32,000 nt of DNA, from NCBI GenBank assembly GCA_965219535.1, contig CBDCNV010000002.1, positions 540,001-572,000 of the forward strand, written 5' to 3'. The translations under genes were made by a program, and so were the position numbers. This DNA comes from Opitutales bacterium (GTDB lineage: Bacteria > Verrucomicrobiota > Verrucomicrobiia > Opitutales > PNEW01). Below are positions 1-9,291 of this stretch, in pieces. The notes under the pieces are model-generated. The model was not told where the DNA came from. It saw only the letters and a program-made list of their open reading frames with translations, and did not search any database. Numbering within the stretch: position 1 is the first letter of the stretch; the number at the start of each line of letters is the position of its first letter.

Positions 1-38
1 GTTTTTGAAATATTGATTAGAGATAATTTTATTAAATT

Positions 39-1013
39 TTGAAAACAATGTTTACGACTGAAGAGATAGAACAATTTCACCGGGACGGGAATATCGTGGT
101 GCGCGGTGTTTTTAAAGGCCGGGAACTCGAGGCGTTACAAGAAGCGAGCAAAAAAGTAATGGAGGAAGGAATCACCGGTGAGGGTGAGTTTCATATGTAT
201 AAGGACAAACCGGATGGGACGAAAACATATTTCCGCAGTGAAATGATGTGGGATCGAGACCCGATTTTTAAAGCAGCTTCTGTCCATCCGGATCTTCTGA
301 CCTGTTACGGGCAGCTTTTAGGGCATTCCTTTATCCCGTTCGTGGACTCCTTCGTCTGCAAAATACCACGCGGTGAAGTACCAGTTCCCTGGCACCAGGA
401 CCCACCCTATGGAGTGAAGAAACCGGGCACAGTAAGTGTAGAAAGAAAAGATACTTATGGTATGCCGAATCTCGATGCAGACATCTATCTCGACCGGGCG
501 ACAATAGAAAATGGGTGCCTATGGGTCATACCCGAACACCACATTGTCGGCCATGTTGAAGTTGTGAGATATTCCGAGGATGAACTCTTTAACAAACTTG
601 GGGCAATCCCCGTCGAATTGGAACCGGGCGACGTCAACTTCCATTGCCTCTCTGCTCCTCATGGTTCAATCGGGAATAAGACCAACGATCTTCGTCGAAC
701 ATTTTACATTCACTACATGAATGAGGAGATCTATAAAAATCTCTATGCTGGAATCGACACACCGGGTTATAGAAGGCTCGAATCACGCGGACTTTACACG
801 GAAAAAGGTATCGCTTTTGCGCACCAAATGGTAGAAGTCCGTAAGGAATTGGGATTGGATGGCCTTGACGACAGTGATATTGAAATGACGAATGAAGGGT
901 TTGAATTTATCGGTGAACCTAAGACCCCGCCTCGGTACTGGGAGAAACTCATCGGTGAGATGAGCGAAGAGGAGAGGGAACAAAAACGCAAATTACAATC
1001 GGTGATGGTGTAG
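39..1013 (+). CDS. Phytanoyl-CoA dioxygenase (PhyH) family Fe(II)/2-oxoglutarate-dependent oxygenase (paralogue 1 of 3)
   Basis: 324-aa ORF (TTG at 39; first ATG at 48). N-terminus FTTEEIEQFHRDGNIVVRGVF is PhyH-like. Candidate 2-His-1-carboxylate triad: WHQD (HxD) plus distal His in SAPHGS. Recognised by eye; no search run. Confidence 0.75.
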   Translation: MKTMFTTEEIEQFHRDGNIVVRGVFKGRELEALQEASKKVMEEGITGEGEFHMYKDKPDGTKTYFRSEMMWDRDPIFKAASVHPDLLTCYGQLLGHSFIPFVDSFVCKIPRGEVPVPWHQDPPYGVKKPGTVSVERKDTYGMPNLDADIYLDRATIENGCLWVIPEHHIVGHVEVVRYSEDELFNKLGAIPVELEPGDVNFHCLSAPHGSIGNKTNDLRRTFYIHYMNEEIYKNLYAGIDTPGYRRLESRGLYTEKGIAFAHQMVEVRKELGLDGLDDSDIEMTNEGFEFIGEPKTPPRYWEKLIGEMSEEEREQKRKLQSVMV

Positions 1014-1238
1014 GGATAGGTAAAATTTCGATAATGGGTATATGCGTGTAAGCGATTAGGTGGATCGGGTTGCCTGTCGATATAGGTTTAGCGACGGGTG
1101 ATACCCAGCACGCTATGGTTTAAATCATTCTTGTGATTCCATAAAAATGTCGCTGTTCTCAGTTGTTCCTCTTGCATGCCAGGTATAATCCACCTGCAAA
1201 TACGGGACTACTGCATTCTTTAAAATTAATTACAGCCG

Positions 1239-2645
1239 ATGAATTCAGCGTTTGAAAATTTACCCGAAGAATGGCCGGAAGAATTAGGAAATCGATTAGA
1301 GGAAAGTATAAGGCAAACCGACACAAAAGTGGTTGTCATTGATGATGATCCGACGGGGACACAAACGGTCCATGGAATTAACGTGCTGACCGCATGGCCG
1401 GTCGCAATGCTTAAAGAGGAGTTATCCAGCGACCGGCCGGCCTTCTACCTGCTATCGAATTCGAGAAGCGTGGCTTTAGAGAAGGCACAGGAGATGAATC
1501 GGGAAATCGCGATGAATCTTAATCAGGCAGCGCGTGACACCAAATGTGATTTCGCAGTCGTGAGTCGAAGTGATTCTACGCTTCGAGGACATTACCCAGG
1601 TGAAGTAGAGGCGTTAGCAGAATCATTAGGGGAACGATTCGATGGAATTTTTATTATACCGGCATTCATCGAGGGCAATCGAGTCACAGTCGATTCTATA
1701 CATTATATTATCGAGGGTAACTGTTTGGTCCCCGTCAATGAAACAGAATTTGCGAAGGATGCGACGTTTGGTTATATGAATGCAGACCTCGCAGCCTGGG
1801 TAGAAGAAAAAACACAGGGTAGGGTGCGTGAGGCAGAGGTGACGCGCATCACGCTCGATGACTTGCGTAAGGGTGGTCCCAGCGTGGTAGAGCAAAAAAT
1901 GTTAGAGATGAAAGAGGGATGCGTTGGTGTCGTCGATACGGTTACTTATCGTGATCTCGAAGTATTCACCACGGCATTGATTGATGCTGAAGAAAGGGGG
2001 AAACGTTTTCTTTATCGAACAAGTGCGTCATTTGTTCGCGTGCGTGCTGGAATTGAAGACAAGCCGCTCTTGAATGCCGTGGAAATACTGAGCGATTCCG
2101 CAAATGGGGGTTTAACGGTGATCGGTTCTTATGTTCCGCGTTCGACCCGTCAGCTCGAAAATTTACTCGCTTCATCCCACATCGTAGCAAGTGAACTCAG
2201 GGTGGAAAAAATACTGGATTCACAAACTCGGGATAAAGAAATTAGAGAAATAATTAAAAAAGCAAACACGACGATAGAAGAAAAAAAAGACGCCGTGATA
2301 TACACCAGTCGGAACCTTGCCAGCTCTCAGGGCAGAGCGGGAGAGCTTGCGATTGGTGAAAAAGTTTCAGCAGCCCTCGTTGATTGTATGCGAGGTATCC
2401 ATGTATGCCCGTCCTATTTAATCGCCAAAGGGGGGATCACAGCGAGTGATATTGCGGTCAAGGGATTGGAGGTTTGCAAAGCAGTTATTCGCGGACAAAT
2501 TATACCGGGTGTACCGGTCTGGCTCCTGGGAGAGGAGAGTCGATTTCCCGGACTTTCATACGTTGTGTTTCCTGGAAATGTTGGAGATGATTTCAGCCTT
2601 GTTAATTTAGTTTCAGATTTGCAACAGCAACGGGAAGAGAATTAA
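1239..2645 (+). CDS. Four-carbon acid sugar kinase family protein (DUF1537; OtnK/DtnK-like)
   Basis: 468-aa ORF. N-terminal VVVIDDDPTGTQTVHG and C-terminal IAKGGITASDIAVKGL resemble the two-domain DUF1537 kinase family. Confidence 0.7.
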   Translation: MNSAFENLPEEWPEELGNRLEESIRQTDTKVVVIDDDPTGTQTVHGINVLTAWPVAMLKEELSSDRPAFYLLSNSRSVALEKAQEMNREIAMNLNQAARDTKCDFAVVSRSDSTLRGHYPGEVEALAESLGERFDGIFIIPAFIEGNRVTVDSIHYIIEGNCLVPVNETEFAKDATFGYMNADLAAWVEEKTQGRVREAEVTRITLDDLRKGGPSVVEQKMLEMKEGCVGVVDTVTYRDLEVFTTALIDAEERGKRFLYRTSASFVRVRAGIEDKPLLNAVEILSDSANGGLTVIGSYVPRSTRQLENLLASSHIVASELRVEKILDSQTRDKEIREIIKKANTTIEEKKDAVIYTSRNLASSQGRAGELAIGEKVSAALVDCMRGIHVCPSYLIAKGGITASDIAVKGLEVCKAVIRGQIIPGVPVWLLGEESRFPGLSYVVFPGNVGDDFSLVNLVSDLQQQREEN

Positions 2646-2659
2646 TAACTAATTAATTT

Positions 2660-4159
2660 CTATAACGGATTATTCAAACTCCACTGTGCTTTAGGTGGAA
2701 AAGAATCTCCACCTCGTGCACCGTTGTAGAGAACGTCATTGCATACAAACCAATCCATCAATCGACCCATTAAGTGTGATTTAATTTCACTGTATTTCGG
2801 ATCGTCCCATAAATTTTTACTTTCGGTGGGGTCATTCTCCATGTCATACAATTCACCCTCTAAGTTTTTATTGTCTTCGGGAAAATTGTGATAAACATTC
2901 AGTTTATACTTTTCATCCCTGAACATCGTGGCATTGATGGGTGGATCCCAGTAAAGTTTATCATCAGCTATTCCTGAGGTCCGGTACATACAGACGGCAT
3001 GATCTCTGCGCTTCTGGTAATCAGACTTTTCTTTTATTAGTGAGATAAGATCCATCGAGTCAGGCATTAATTCATTTAACTCTTCTTGGGCGAATCCTGC
3101 CTGGCTAAGTATTGTTCCCGCAATGTCATGGAGCTGAACAAGATCTTTTATACTTTGTCCCGCCTCAACTTTTTCAGGATAGCGAATGATAAGAGGAACT
3201 TTGGTACAGGCGTCATAGAAGAATGCACCCTTAGCCAATAGTTCGTGATCACCTATCATGTCACCATGATCGCTGCCGAAAATTACGATCGTATCCTCCT
3301 TTAGCCCTTCCTTTTCGAGGACCTCTAATACCCGCCCAACTTCACGATCGATGAAAGCTATCGATGCATAATAGCCCTCCCGCATCTGATGAATCTGTTT
3401 CGGCGTATAATTAGGGACTCCACCCAAATAGCTGTGGTAGTGTTCTCGTTGGATCCCCTCGGGCCCGGAAGTTGTCTGCCCCTCATGAATTATTGGTTCT
3501 GGTAATTTACTTTGATCGACTTGCTCAAGCATCGTGCTTGGGTAATCACCATAAGGATCATGAGGGTCGACGACACTCATATAACAGAAGAACGGTTTAT
3601 TTTTGTCTCTATTTTTAAGGTAGTCGATCGTTCCTTCGGCTGCCCAACGTGTAAAGTGCACTTCCTCCGGAACATGGCCGATATTTCTGCCCAGTTTTTT
3701 TAATTTTTCATGAAATTCAGGATGTTTTTTTCTGAGCCACGCCCCATAACTATTTAATTTACCTGTGACATTATTGGGGGTCATCGCAGATTCAAATACG
3801 TCAAAGCCGGTGTTTGGATGACGTACTTCCCGTTCATGGGCTCTTCCGCTGACGTGCAGTTTTCCCATTAAAGCGGTATTGTAATTTTTTTCCTTAAGGT
3901 GCTTTGGAAATAAAGAGAATTCTTCAGGCAGGTTATTGTGTACCTGGTAGACCCCATGTCCAGGTAGTGGTTTCCCCGTCAATAGACACGCTCGACTGGG
4001 TGTACAGACCGGGTTATCACAATAACAGTTTTCAAACAATACGCCTTCCTCTGCCAGTCGGTCGAGATGGGGCGTAGGTATGGCATCAAATCCATAACAA
4101 CCCAGGGAATCAGAACGTTGTTGATCGGTAAAAATGAGAAGAACGTTTGGCGGTTTCAT
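2660..4159 (-). CDS. Cys-type sulfatase (arylsulfatase family), no signal peptide
   Basis: 499-aa ORF. Formylglycine motif C-T-P-S-R (nt 3992-4006, minus strand) is followed by ACLLTG. Metal-binding start is LLIFTDQQRSD. The ORF begins directly in the catalytic domain (MKPPNVLLIFTD), so no leader is visible. Confidence 0.9.
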   Translation of the reverse strand: MKPPNVLLIFTDQQRSDSLGCYGFDAIPTPHLDRLAEEGVLFENCYCDNPVCTPSRACLLTGKPLPGHGVYQVHNNLPEEFSLFPKHLKEKNYNTALMGKLHVSGRAHEREVRHPNTGFDVFESAMTPNNVTGKLNSYGAWLRKKHPEFHEKLKKLGRNIGHVPEEVHFTRWAAEGTIDYLKNRDKNKPFFCYMSVVDPHDPYGDYPSTMLEQVDQSKLPEPIIHEGQTTSGPEGIQREHYHSYLGGVPNYTPKQIHQMREGYYASIAFIDREVGRVLEVLEKEGLKEDTIVIFGSDHGDMIGDHELLAKGAFFYDACTKVPLIIRYPEKVEAGQSIKDLVQLHDIAGTILSQAGFAQEELNELMPDSMDLISLIKEKSDYQKRRDHAVCMYRTSGIADDKLYWDPPINATMFRDEKYKLNVYHNFPEDNKNLEGELYDMENDPTESKNLWDDPKYSEIKSHLMGRLMDWFVCNDVLYNGARGGDSFPPKAQWSLNNPL

Positions 4160-4275
4160 GGTATTCTGGAATACTTGATTTTATTAAGGTTTATTACTAA
4201 ATGTCTCTGATTATTCATTCGATACAATATAAAATATTGCGATGTGATTTAAACCAGGAATTTGTTTACCACCGT

Positions 4276-6864
4276 TCAATCTTTTTTGGGCAACGCAGTG
4301 TAGTAAGTTAAACCCTCTAAAGATTTCTCCTTTTCTGGAATGATCAAACTGGCGAAATACCCAACGATGACACAGACGACAATACCGATAAAAGCATAGA
4401 GAATAAAGTGAATCGGGGTGAAGGTTTTAACATAATATAAAACCAGGGCGCTGGCAATGGCGCCAATAAAAACACCAACCCCTTTTGCTCGTCGGGTAAA
4501 AATACCCAGGATAAATAGTCCTGCCAAACCGCTGCTTAAGAGACCGACGGTTGATGAGAATAATAATTGTGCGGACTGAATGTCTACAGTTACGATAAAG
4601 AGAGCGAATGCGGTGGCAGAAAGTCCGGCTAGGAAAGTAAACCCACGGGCGATATTTAAATAAGTACGTTCAGACTGATCGGGTTTGAAGCGCCGATAAA
4701 AGTCGGTGACAAACGAGGTGGCCATCGAGTTCATTCCACTGTCTAAACTCGACATCGCGGCCGAAAATATTGCAGCGATAAGAAAACCTGCAATACCGAC
4801 GGGTAACTTCTGGGCGACAAAGAGGGGAAAAATGGCATCGTTCTGCATTCCCAAGCTGATCAAGTCCGGGTGATTTTTGTAATAGCCGTAAAGGGCTGTT
4901 CCCATCGTGAAAAATAATAATCCGGAAGGAATAGTGATAGCTACGTTTAACCAGAGACCGTTCGCGGCCGATCTTTCATCCTTCGTGGTAAGATACCTTT
5001 GGATCTGGGATTGATCTGCTGAGTACTGAATCAAGGTACCGCAACCACCACCGATGATTACTACCCACAAGGTGGGATAAGTCATATCCCAGTCCCAATA
5101 GATTGAGCGAAATTTGTCATCCGCCATCCCTAAATCGATAAGTCCTATCACACCGCCATCGATATGAAAAACTATAATAAAAAGGGCTAAACCGATGCCA
5201 AGATAGAAAATAAAAACTTGTATAACATCAGTCCATACGACGGCTTCGATTCCACCAAGGACGGTGTAAAAGGTACTGAGCAATCCCATTGAAAGAATGC
5301 ACACATAGATATTGATTCCGGTAATCGTAGAGAGAACGATTGCGGGTAGATATAGGATGATGCTGATCCGGGCCAGTTGAAAGAGAATGAACTGCGCACT
5401 TCCATAGAGGCGAACGGGTAAATTAAATCGTAATTCAAGGTACTCAAAAGCGGTTGTGATGTTAAGTCTCCTGAAGAAGGGTAGATAAAAGTATATGATA
5501 ATTATAGGGCAGAGCAGAAGTCCAACCACGGTTGGGTACATAAACCAATCCATGGAATAAACCATACTGGGTGTTGCGATATAGGTGAGTGCACTGAGGA
5601 TAGTCCCCAAGACACTAAGCCCTGCCGCCCACCAGGGAATTCGGCGACCGGCTAGGAAGTAGTCGTCAGTGCCCTTCTCCCGCTTGGAAAAATAGATACC
5701 CATGTAAACGAGTGCTATCATGTAGAGAATGAGAAAAGTGTAATTTATGAACCCGAATGAAGCGTTCTCGCCTGCATTGTGAATCATTAGCTGAATCTTT
5801 GGGGTGCTCTCACCAGGTCCAGTCTCTCCTCCCGTAAGCACAATGCCATCATTCCATTTGACGGCTTCAGCATTAATCACAACCAAAGGAATTGTTCCTT
5901 CTTCTACCCATTTATTGGTTATGGTATGGTAAGCTAATAATGGAGCTGAGGACACTGGATCTGGTGTGCCCTTTATTGCGAGGCCCTTAACTAACGGCTT
6001 CAGTTCAGATTTTCCAAAAACGAGAATGTGTGATTGGCCATACTTTATTGCTGGTGCGGCGGCGATCGGGTATGGACTGTAAGTGATACGTTCCCATTCC
6101 TGCTCCCGAAGTGTATAGCGGTAACAATCGTTTAAGGTTTCGCTATAAAACAAACCCTCATCATCTTGAACGAGGGATTCCCCTCCCATGACAAAAAGAT
6201 ATTCGTTGTCCCCGATATTTTGGTCGATAACTATAGCATTTCTTCGAGCGGGTCCTTGCCAGGGTTCCTGAATCTTCCAACCGCTCTCCAGCTTGTCCAA
6301 TTCAAGTGACCAAAATATTTTTTCCAAACCGACGAATTCTTCAGCTGTTTGGCCTCCGGCTACGTACAATGTCGCCCCGATAATTGAGGCATCAGTCATG
6401 GATAAAGATTGAGGAAGCGAGGGTAGCGATTCCTGAATTATAGTCTGCGACTCTGAATTCCATGTCAATTGTGTCACCTTATCTCGACTGCCCTGGGCAT
6501 TACGTCCCCCGAGTATAATCAGGCTTTCACCCGTGCTCACAGAAGCGCCGTAAGCAAGCGGGAGGTCGAGCTTAAAACCAGTTAGCCATGAGGTCTGGTT
6601 TTCATCAGTGAGAATATATATCGTGTCATGCCAGACTTTATTTTCACTCTCCAATTCTGATAGATGAGAATAATTTACGCCTCCGGCGACGATGAGAGCA
6701 TCGTTACTAACACCGGCGAAAGCCCCACTCAAGCCTTCGGCAATGGGGAGCTTGGGAAGTTCATCCCAGGAAATAGATTCTTTACCCGTGGGCTCATTCT
6801 CTTCACACCCTGTAAAAGATAGGATGGCTGTAATACATAGTACTATTCCAGAGAGCCATTTCAT
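4276..6864 (-). CDS. Fusion protein: lipoprotein-signal + Kelch/NanM-like beta-propeller (about nt 5770-6864) + sodium:solute symporter (SSS) permease (about nt 4276-5769)
   Basis: Single uninterrupted 862-aa ORF. The N-terminus MKWLSGIVLCITAILSFTGC has a lipobox-like FTGC. At least 5 blade-like repeats carry GG signatures (AGGVNYS, LGGRNAQG, AGGQTAEE, MGGESL, TGGETGPGE). About 13 hydrophobic helices follow, starting with the SSS-typical DYFLAGRRIPWWAAGLSVLGTILSALTYIATP. Confidence 0.8.
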   Translation of the reverse strand: MKWLSGIVLCITAILSFTGCEENEPTGKESISWDELPKLPIAEGLSGAFAGVSNDALIVAGGVNYSHLSELESENKVWHDTIYILTDENQTSWLTGFKLDLPLAYGASVSTGESLIILGGRNAQGSRDKVTQLTWNSESQTIIQESLPSLPQSLSMTDASIIGATLYVAGGQTAEEFVGLEKIFWSLELDKLESGWKIQEPWQGPARRNAIVIDQNIGDNEYLFVMGGESLVQDDEGLFYSETLNDCYRYTLREQEWERITYSPYPIAAAPAIKYGQSHILVFGKSELKPLVKGLAIKGTPDPVSSAPLLAYHTITNKWVEEGTIPLVVINAEAVKWNDGIVLTGGETGPGESTPKIQLMIHNAGENASFGFINYTFLILYMIALVYMGIYFSKREKGTDDYFLAGRRIPWWAAGLSVLGTILSALTYIATPSMVYSMDWFMYPTVVGLLLCPIIIIYFYLPFFRRLNITTAFEYLELRFNLPVRLYGSAQFILFQLARISIILYLPAIVLSTITGINIYVCILSMGLLSTFYTVLGGIEAVVWTDVIQVFIFYLGIGLALFIIVFHIDGGVIGLIDLGMADDKFRSIYWDWDMTYPTLWVVIIGGGCGTLIQYSADQSQIQRYLTTKDERSAANGLWLNVAITIPSGLLFFTMGTALYGYYKNHPDLISLGMQNDAIFPLFVAQKLPVGIAGFLIAAIFSAAMSSLDSGMNSMATSFVTDFYRRFKPDQSERTYLNIARGFTFLAGLSATAFALFIVTVDIQSAQLLFSSTVGLLSSGLAGLFILGIFTRRAKGVGVFIGAIASALVLYYVKTFTPIHFILYAFIGIVVCVIVGYFASLIIPEKEKSLEGLTYYTALPKKD

Positions 6865-6948
6865 AGGATTGGTTAGATGCTGAATCCTATTATGAGCGCT
6901 GTCCAGAGAATAGAGGTAAGCTTGGCGGTTAGCGGATTGTGCTTTAAT

Positions 6949-8160
6949 CTAATTGGCTAATCTCGCCGTTAATCGTTTGAGGTCTTCTTCTGCCGGACCT
7001 TTCCAGTTTTTCTTATATTTATTCAAAAGCGATTTGGCTCTACTCCTATCGCCTGAATCAATCGCAAGCTCGATCGCAATAACCGCTTTAGCGTATTCTT
7101 CTCGCAGATGGGCAACTTTATCTTCTGCGAGTTTTATGAATTCATCGCCGCTAACCCGACACTGGGTCACCGTTTCGAATCCTGCCAGGGCTTTGCCGAA
7201 TTGCTTACGTTCTTCCATACTGACGGCTTGATTGAATCCTTTCTGCGTTCTGATCATCAAAGGTTCATCGAGTGCGATAATACCCTTTTCAAACCAGTCC
7301 ACAGGAGGTTGATCGTGCCCCATACCGGGGACATCGAGGTAGGTGACATGACGAAAATTCTCCTCAAGGTAGTGATCATAGACAGCCCGCATCTCCTCAC
7401 GGTTGAAATCCTCTGAACCGGTTAGCATGACGTAACGGTCTTGTCGCGCGCGAAAAAGTTGCGATCCGGTGGGCTCTTTTTTGAACCCGGGCATATAAAC
7501 TTCGGCGGCAACTTCTATGGGGCGAAAAGGGTTACAACCTACGATGTAGTAACCGCCGGAGAAGAGATCGGAATTGATGATCGCAACATAGCTGGCAATA
7601 CGGCCGCCACCCGATCTACCGCTTACGTAAATACGTTCATCATCAATATGATAACGTTCTTTTATTTGCGCTAACGATTCGAGCGCGAGGGCGTGTCGCC
7701 AAAGGGTATTGATCTTTGGATATACACGATTCCCCGCATGATTGGGTCCAATCCAGATTAAATTATGTCGATCAAAAATGGGCATCCATTGGTGCGGGAT
7801 TTCACCCGAATCGCCAGAATTGATATAAACGACTACACCATACGGTTTATCCATCTGATAGTTTTCGGGTACATAAACCGACCAGGTAGTACCATAAGCT
7901 GATTTTAGTTTTCCTTCATTGTCAGATTTTGGCGGTCTGGCGCCGTGATAACTGAAGACTTCACGAAACAATTCCCGATCTATCCCATCACTTTCGATCT
8001 TAATAAGCCCTCGTTTAATGGGGGGAGCAGCATCCTCAACCTGCGCGGCATCTATAATTGTGTTGTGTAAGCAATACAATACGACAAGGAAGCTGCCGAG
8101 ATAATAACAAATATGATTTCGGTTATTTTTGCGCATCCAATAATAATCTAAGTAATTCAC
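6949..8160 (-). CDS. Membrane-anchored/secreted alpha/beta-hydrolase-like esterase (substrate unknown)
   Basis: 403-aa ORF with an N-terminal hydrophobic anchor (ICYYLGSFLVVLYCL). Nucleophile-elbow-like G-R-S-G-G occurs in VSGRSGGGRIA. Later GSEDF and GMGHD could supply Asp/His. The C-terminal ~100 aa look helical. Alternative start at MRKNN. Confidence 0.5.
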   Translation of the reverse strand: MNYLDYYWMRKNNRNHICYYLGSFLVVLYCLHNTIIDAAQVEDAAPPIKRGLIKIESDGIDRELFREVFSYHGARPPKSDNEGKLKSAYGTTWSVYVPENYQMDKPYGVVVYINSGDSGEIPHQWMPIFDRHNLIWIGPNHAGNRVYPKINTLWRHALALESLAQIKERYHIDDERIYVSGRSGGGRIASYVAIINSDLFSGGYYIVGCNPFRPIEVAAEVYMPGFKKEPTGSQLFRARQDRYVMLTGSEDFNREEMRAVYDHYLEENFRHVTYLDVPGMGHDQPPVDWFEKGIIALDEPLMIRTQKGFNQAVSMEERKQFGKALAGFETVTQCRVSGDEFIKLAEDKVAHLREEYAKAVIAIELAIDSGDRSRAKSLLNKYKKNWKGPAEEDLKRLTARLAN

Positions 8161-8369
8161 AAAAACTCATGCAAACTTAATGAAAACTCAATCTACCCAA
8201 CGATAAAATATACACTCCCGGAAGTATTTATAGCTTTGAAATTATGAACAAAATATTGAACGTTTGTCGAAATCCATCCGTCTAAGATTCAGATAGTCTA
8301 ATTAATCTTTGGACATCTAATGTGAACGTTTAGTTCATAGTTTGGTTTGTAGTTTGTTAAGCAGTGGGA

Positions 8370-8402
8370 GACGCCGCAGTTAAGTCTGCGGCGTCTTTTT
8401 TA
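8370..8402 (+). terminator. Rho-independent terminator (orphan: no annotated + strand gene upstream)
   Basis: Perfect 10-bp GC-rich stem gacgccgcag (8370-8379) / ctgcggcgtc (8386-8395) with loop ttaagt, followed directly by TTTTTT (8396-8401). The T-tract sits only on the + strand side. Confidence 0.6.
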
Positions 8403-8485
8403 TCAGGGTCCTGTAATACAAATATTTATCCATTTATTCTGGGAATTTAGCTTTAACCGAAGGTAATTTATCCTAATTTATAATT

Positions 8486-9271
8486 ATGTCCGGCACACGT
8501 TGCTTTTATCATCATTCGGGACAGAATCTGTCGAAGGAAATAATACTTAACGCGGCTGAGAGTCATCATCTGGTTAAAGTAAGACGAGCGCGAATTAACG
8601 ATTCTGTATTTGTTTTTGATGGACGGGGCAATGAATGGGAATGCCAGCTTCACCAGGCCAATGCTAAAAAAGCGGTATTAAAAGTACATGCTCATCACAT
8701 AGAGGCGCTTTCACCCGATTCAATTACCCTGGCTCAAGGCTTACCCAAAGGAAAGACGATGGATACTATAGTTCAAAAGGCAGTCGAATTAGGAGTGCAA
8801 AAAATTGTTCCGCTTACCACCGCAAATAGTGAAGTTCGTGCGAGTAAAAATCGCGCTCTAGAGAAAGTGCATAAATGGAATAGTGTCGCGATTGAAGCTT
8901 GCAAGCAATCCGGCAACAGTTTTCTACCTGAAATTGACCCAATTATGTCTTTCAGCTCGTACTGCGAAAGCTTACCGGAAAAAGCTTTAAAATTTATTGC
9001 CAGTTTGTCTGCGCAAGCAGTTAGTCTTCGCGAGGCTTTAAGCGAGCAGAGAAATCAAAAACAGTCACGCTCACGGTCCGTTATTATACTTATTGGTCCG
9101 GAAGGTGATTTTAACCCTGAAGAACATGATCTCGCTTGTGAAAATGGGTTTATCCCAATTACCTTAGGAAAACGTGTGCTGCGATCGGATACAGCCGCTA
9201 TTGTTGCGCTTGCCCTTCTCAATTACGAAATGCGTGATGAAAAATTGGGCTATGACGGAAAAGAAAATTAA
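8486..9271 (+). CDS. rsmE: 16S rRNA (uracil1498-N3)-methyltransferase RsmE
   Basis: 261-aa ORF. N-terminal PUA-like HHLVKVRRARINDSVFVFDGRGNEWECQL, then SPOUT C-terminal motifs LIGPEGDFNPEE and LGKRVLRSDTAAI, typical of RsmE. Confidence 0.8.
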   Translation: MSGTRCFYHHSGQNLSKEIILNAAESHHLVKVRRARINDSVFVFDGRGNEWECQLHQANAKKAVLKVHAHHIEALSPDSITLAQGLPKGKTMDTIVQKAVELGVQKIVPLTTANSEVRASKNRALEKVHKWNSVAIEACKQSGNSFLPEIDPIMSFSSYCESLPEKALKFIASLSAQAVSLREALSEQRNQKQSRSRSVIILIGPEGDFNPEEHDLACENGFIPITLGKRVLRSDTAAIVALALLNYEMRDEKLGYDGKEN

Positions 9272-9291
9272 ATAAAATAAAGGATACAACG

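Noticed and set aside
783-991. Short antisense or out-of-frame ORFs nested inside long, motif-supported CDSs. Examples: 783-983, 794-991, 1626-1895, 1966-2190, 3512-3703, 5187-5447, 6953-7674 set, 13075-13952 set, 14612-14863, 15399-15668, 16758-17571 set, 18442-19087 set, 19930-20142, 20295-21483 set, 21886-22119, 22299-23199 set, 23920-24184, 24396-24674, 24898-25224, 25381-25961 set, 26859-27047, 27277-27871 set, 28549-29144 set, 29307-29748, 30359-30568, 31172-31769 set.
   Set aside because: Each lies wholly or largely within a longer ORF on another frame or strand that carries clear family motifs. Their translations are low-complexity or compositionally odd (Arg/Ser/Cys-rich), with no recognisable domains.
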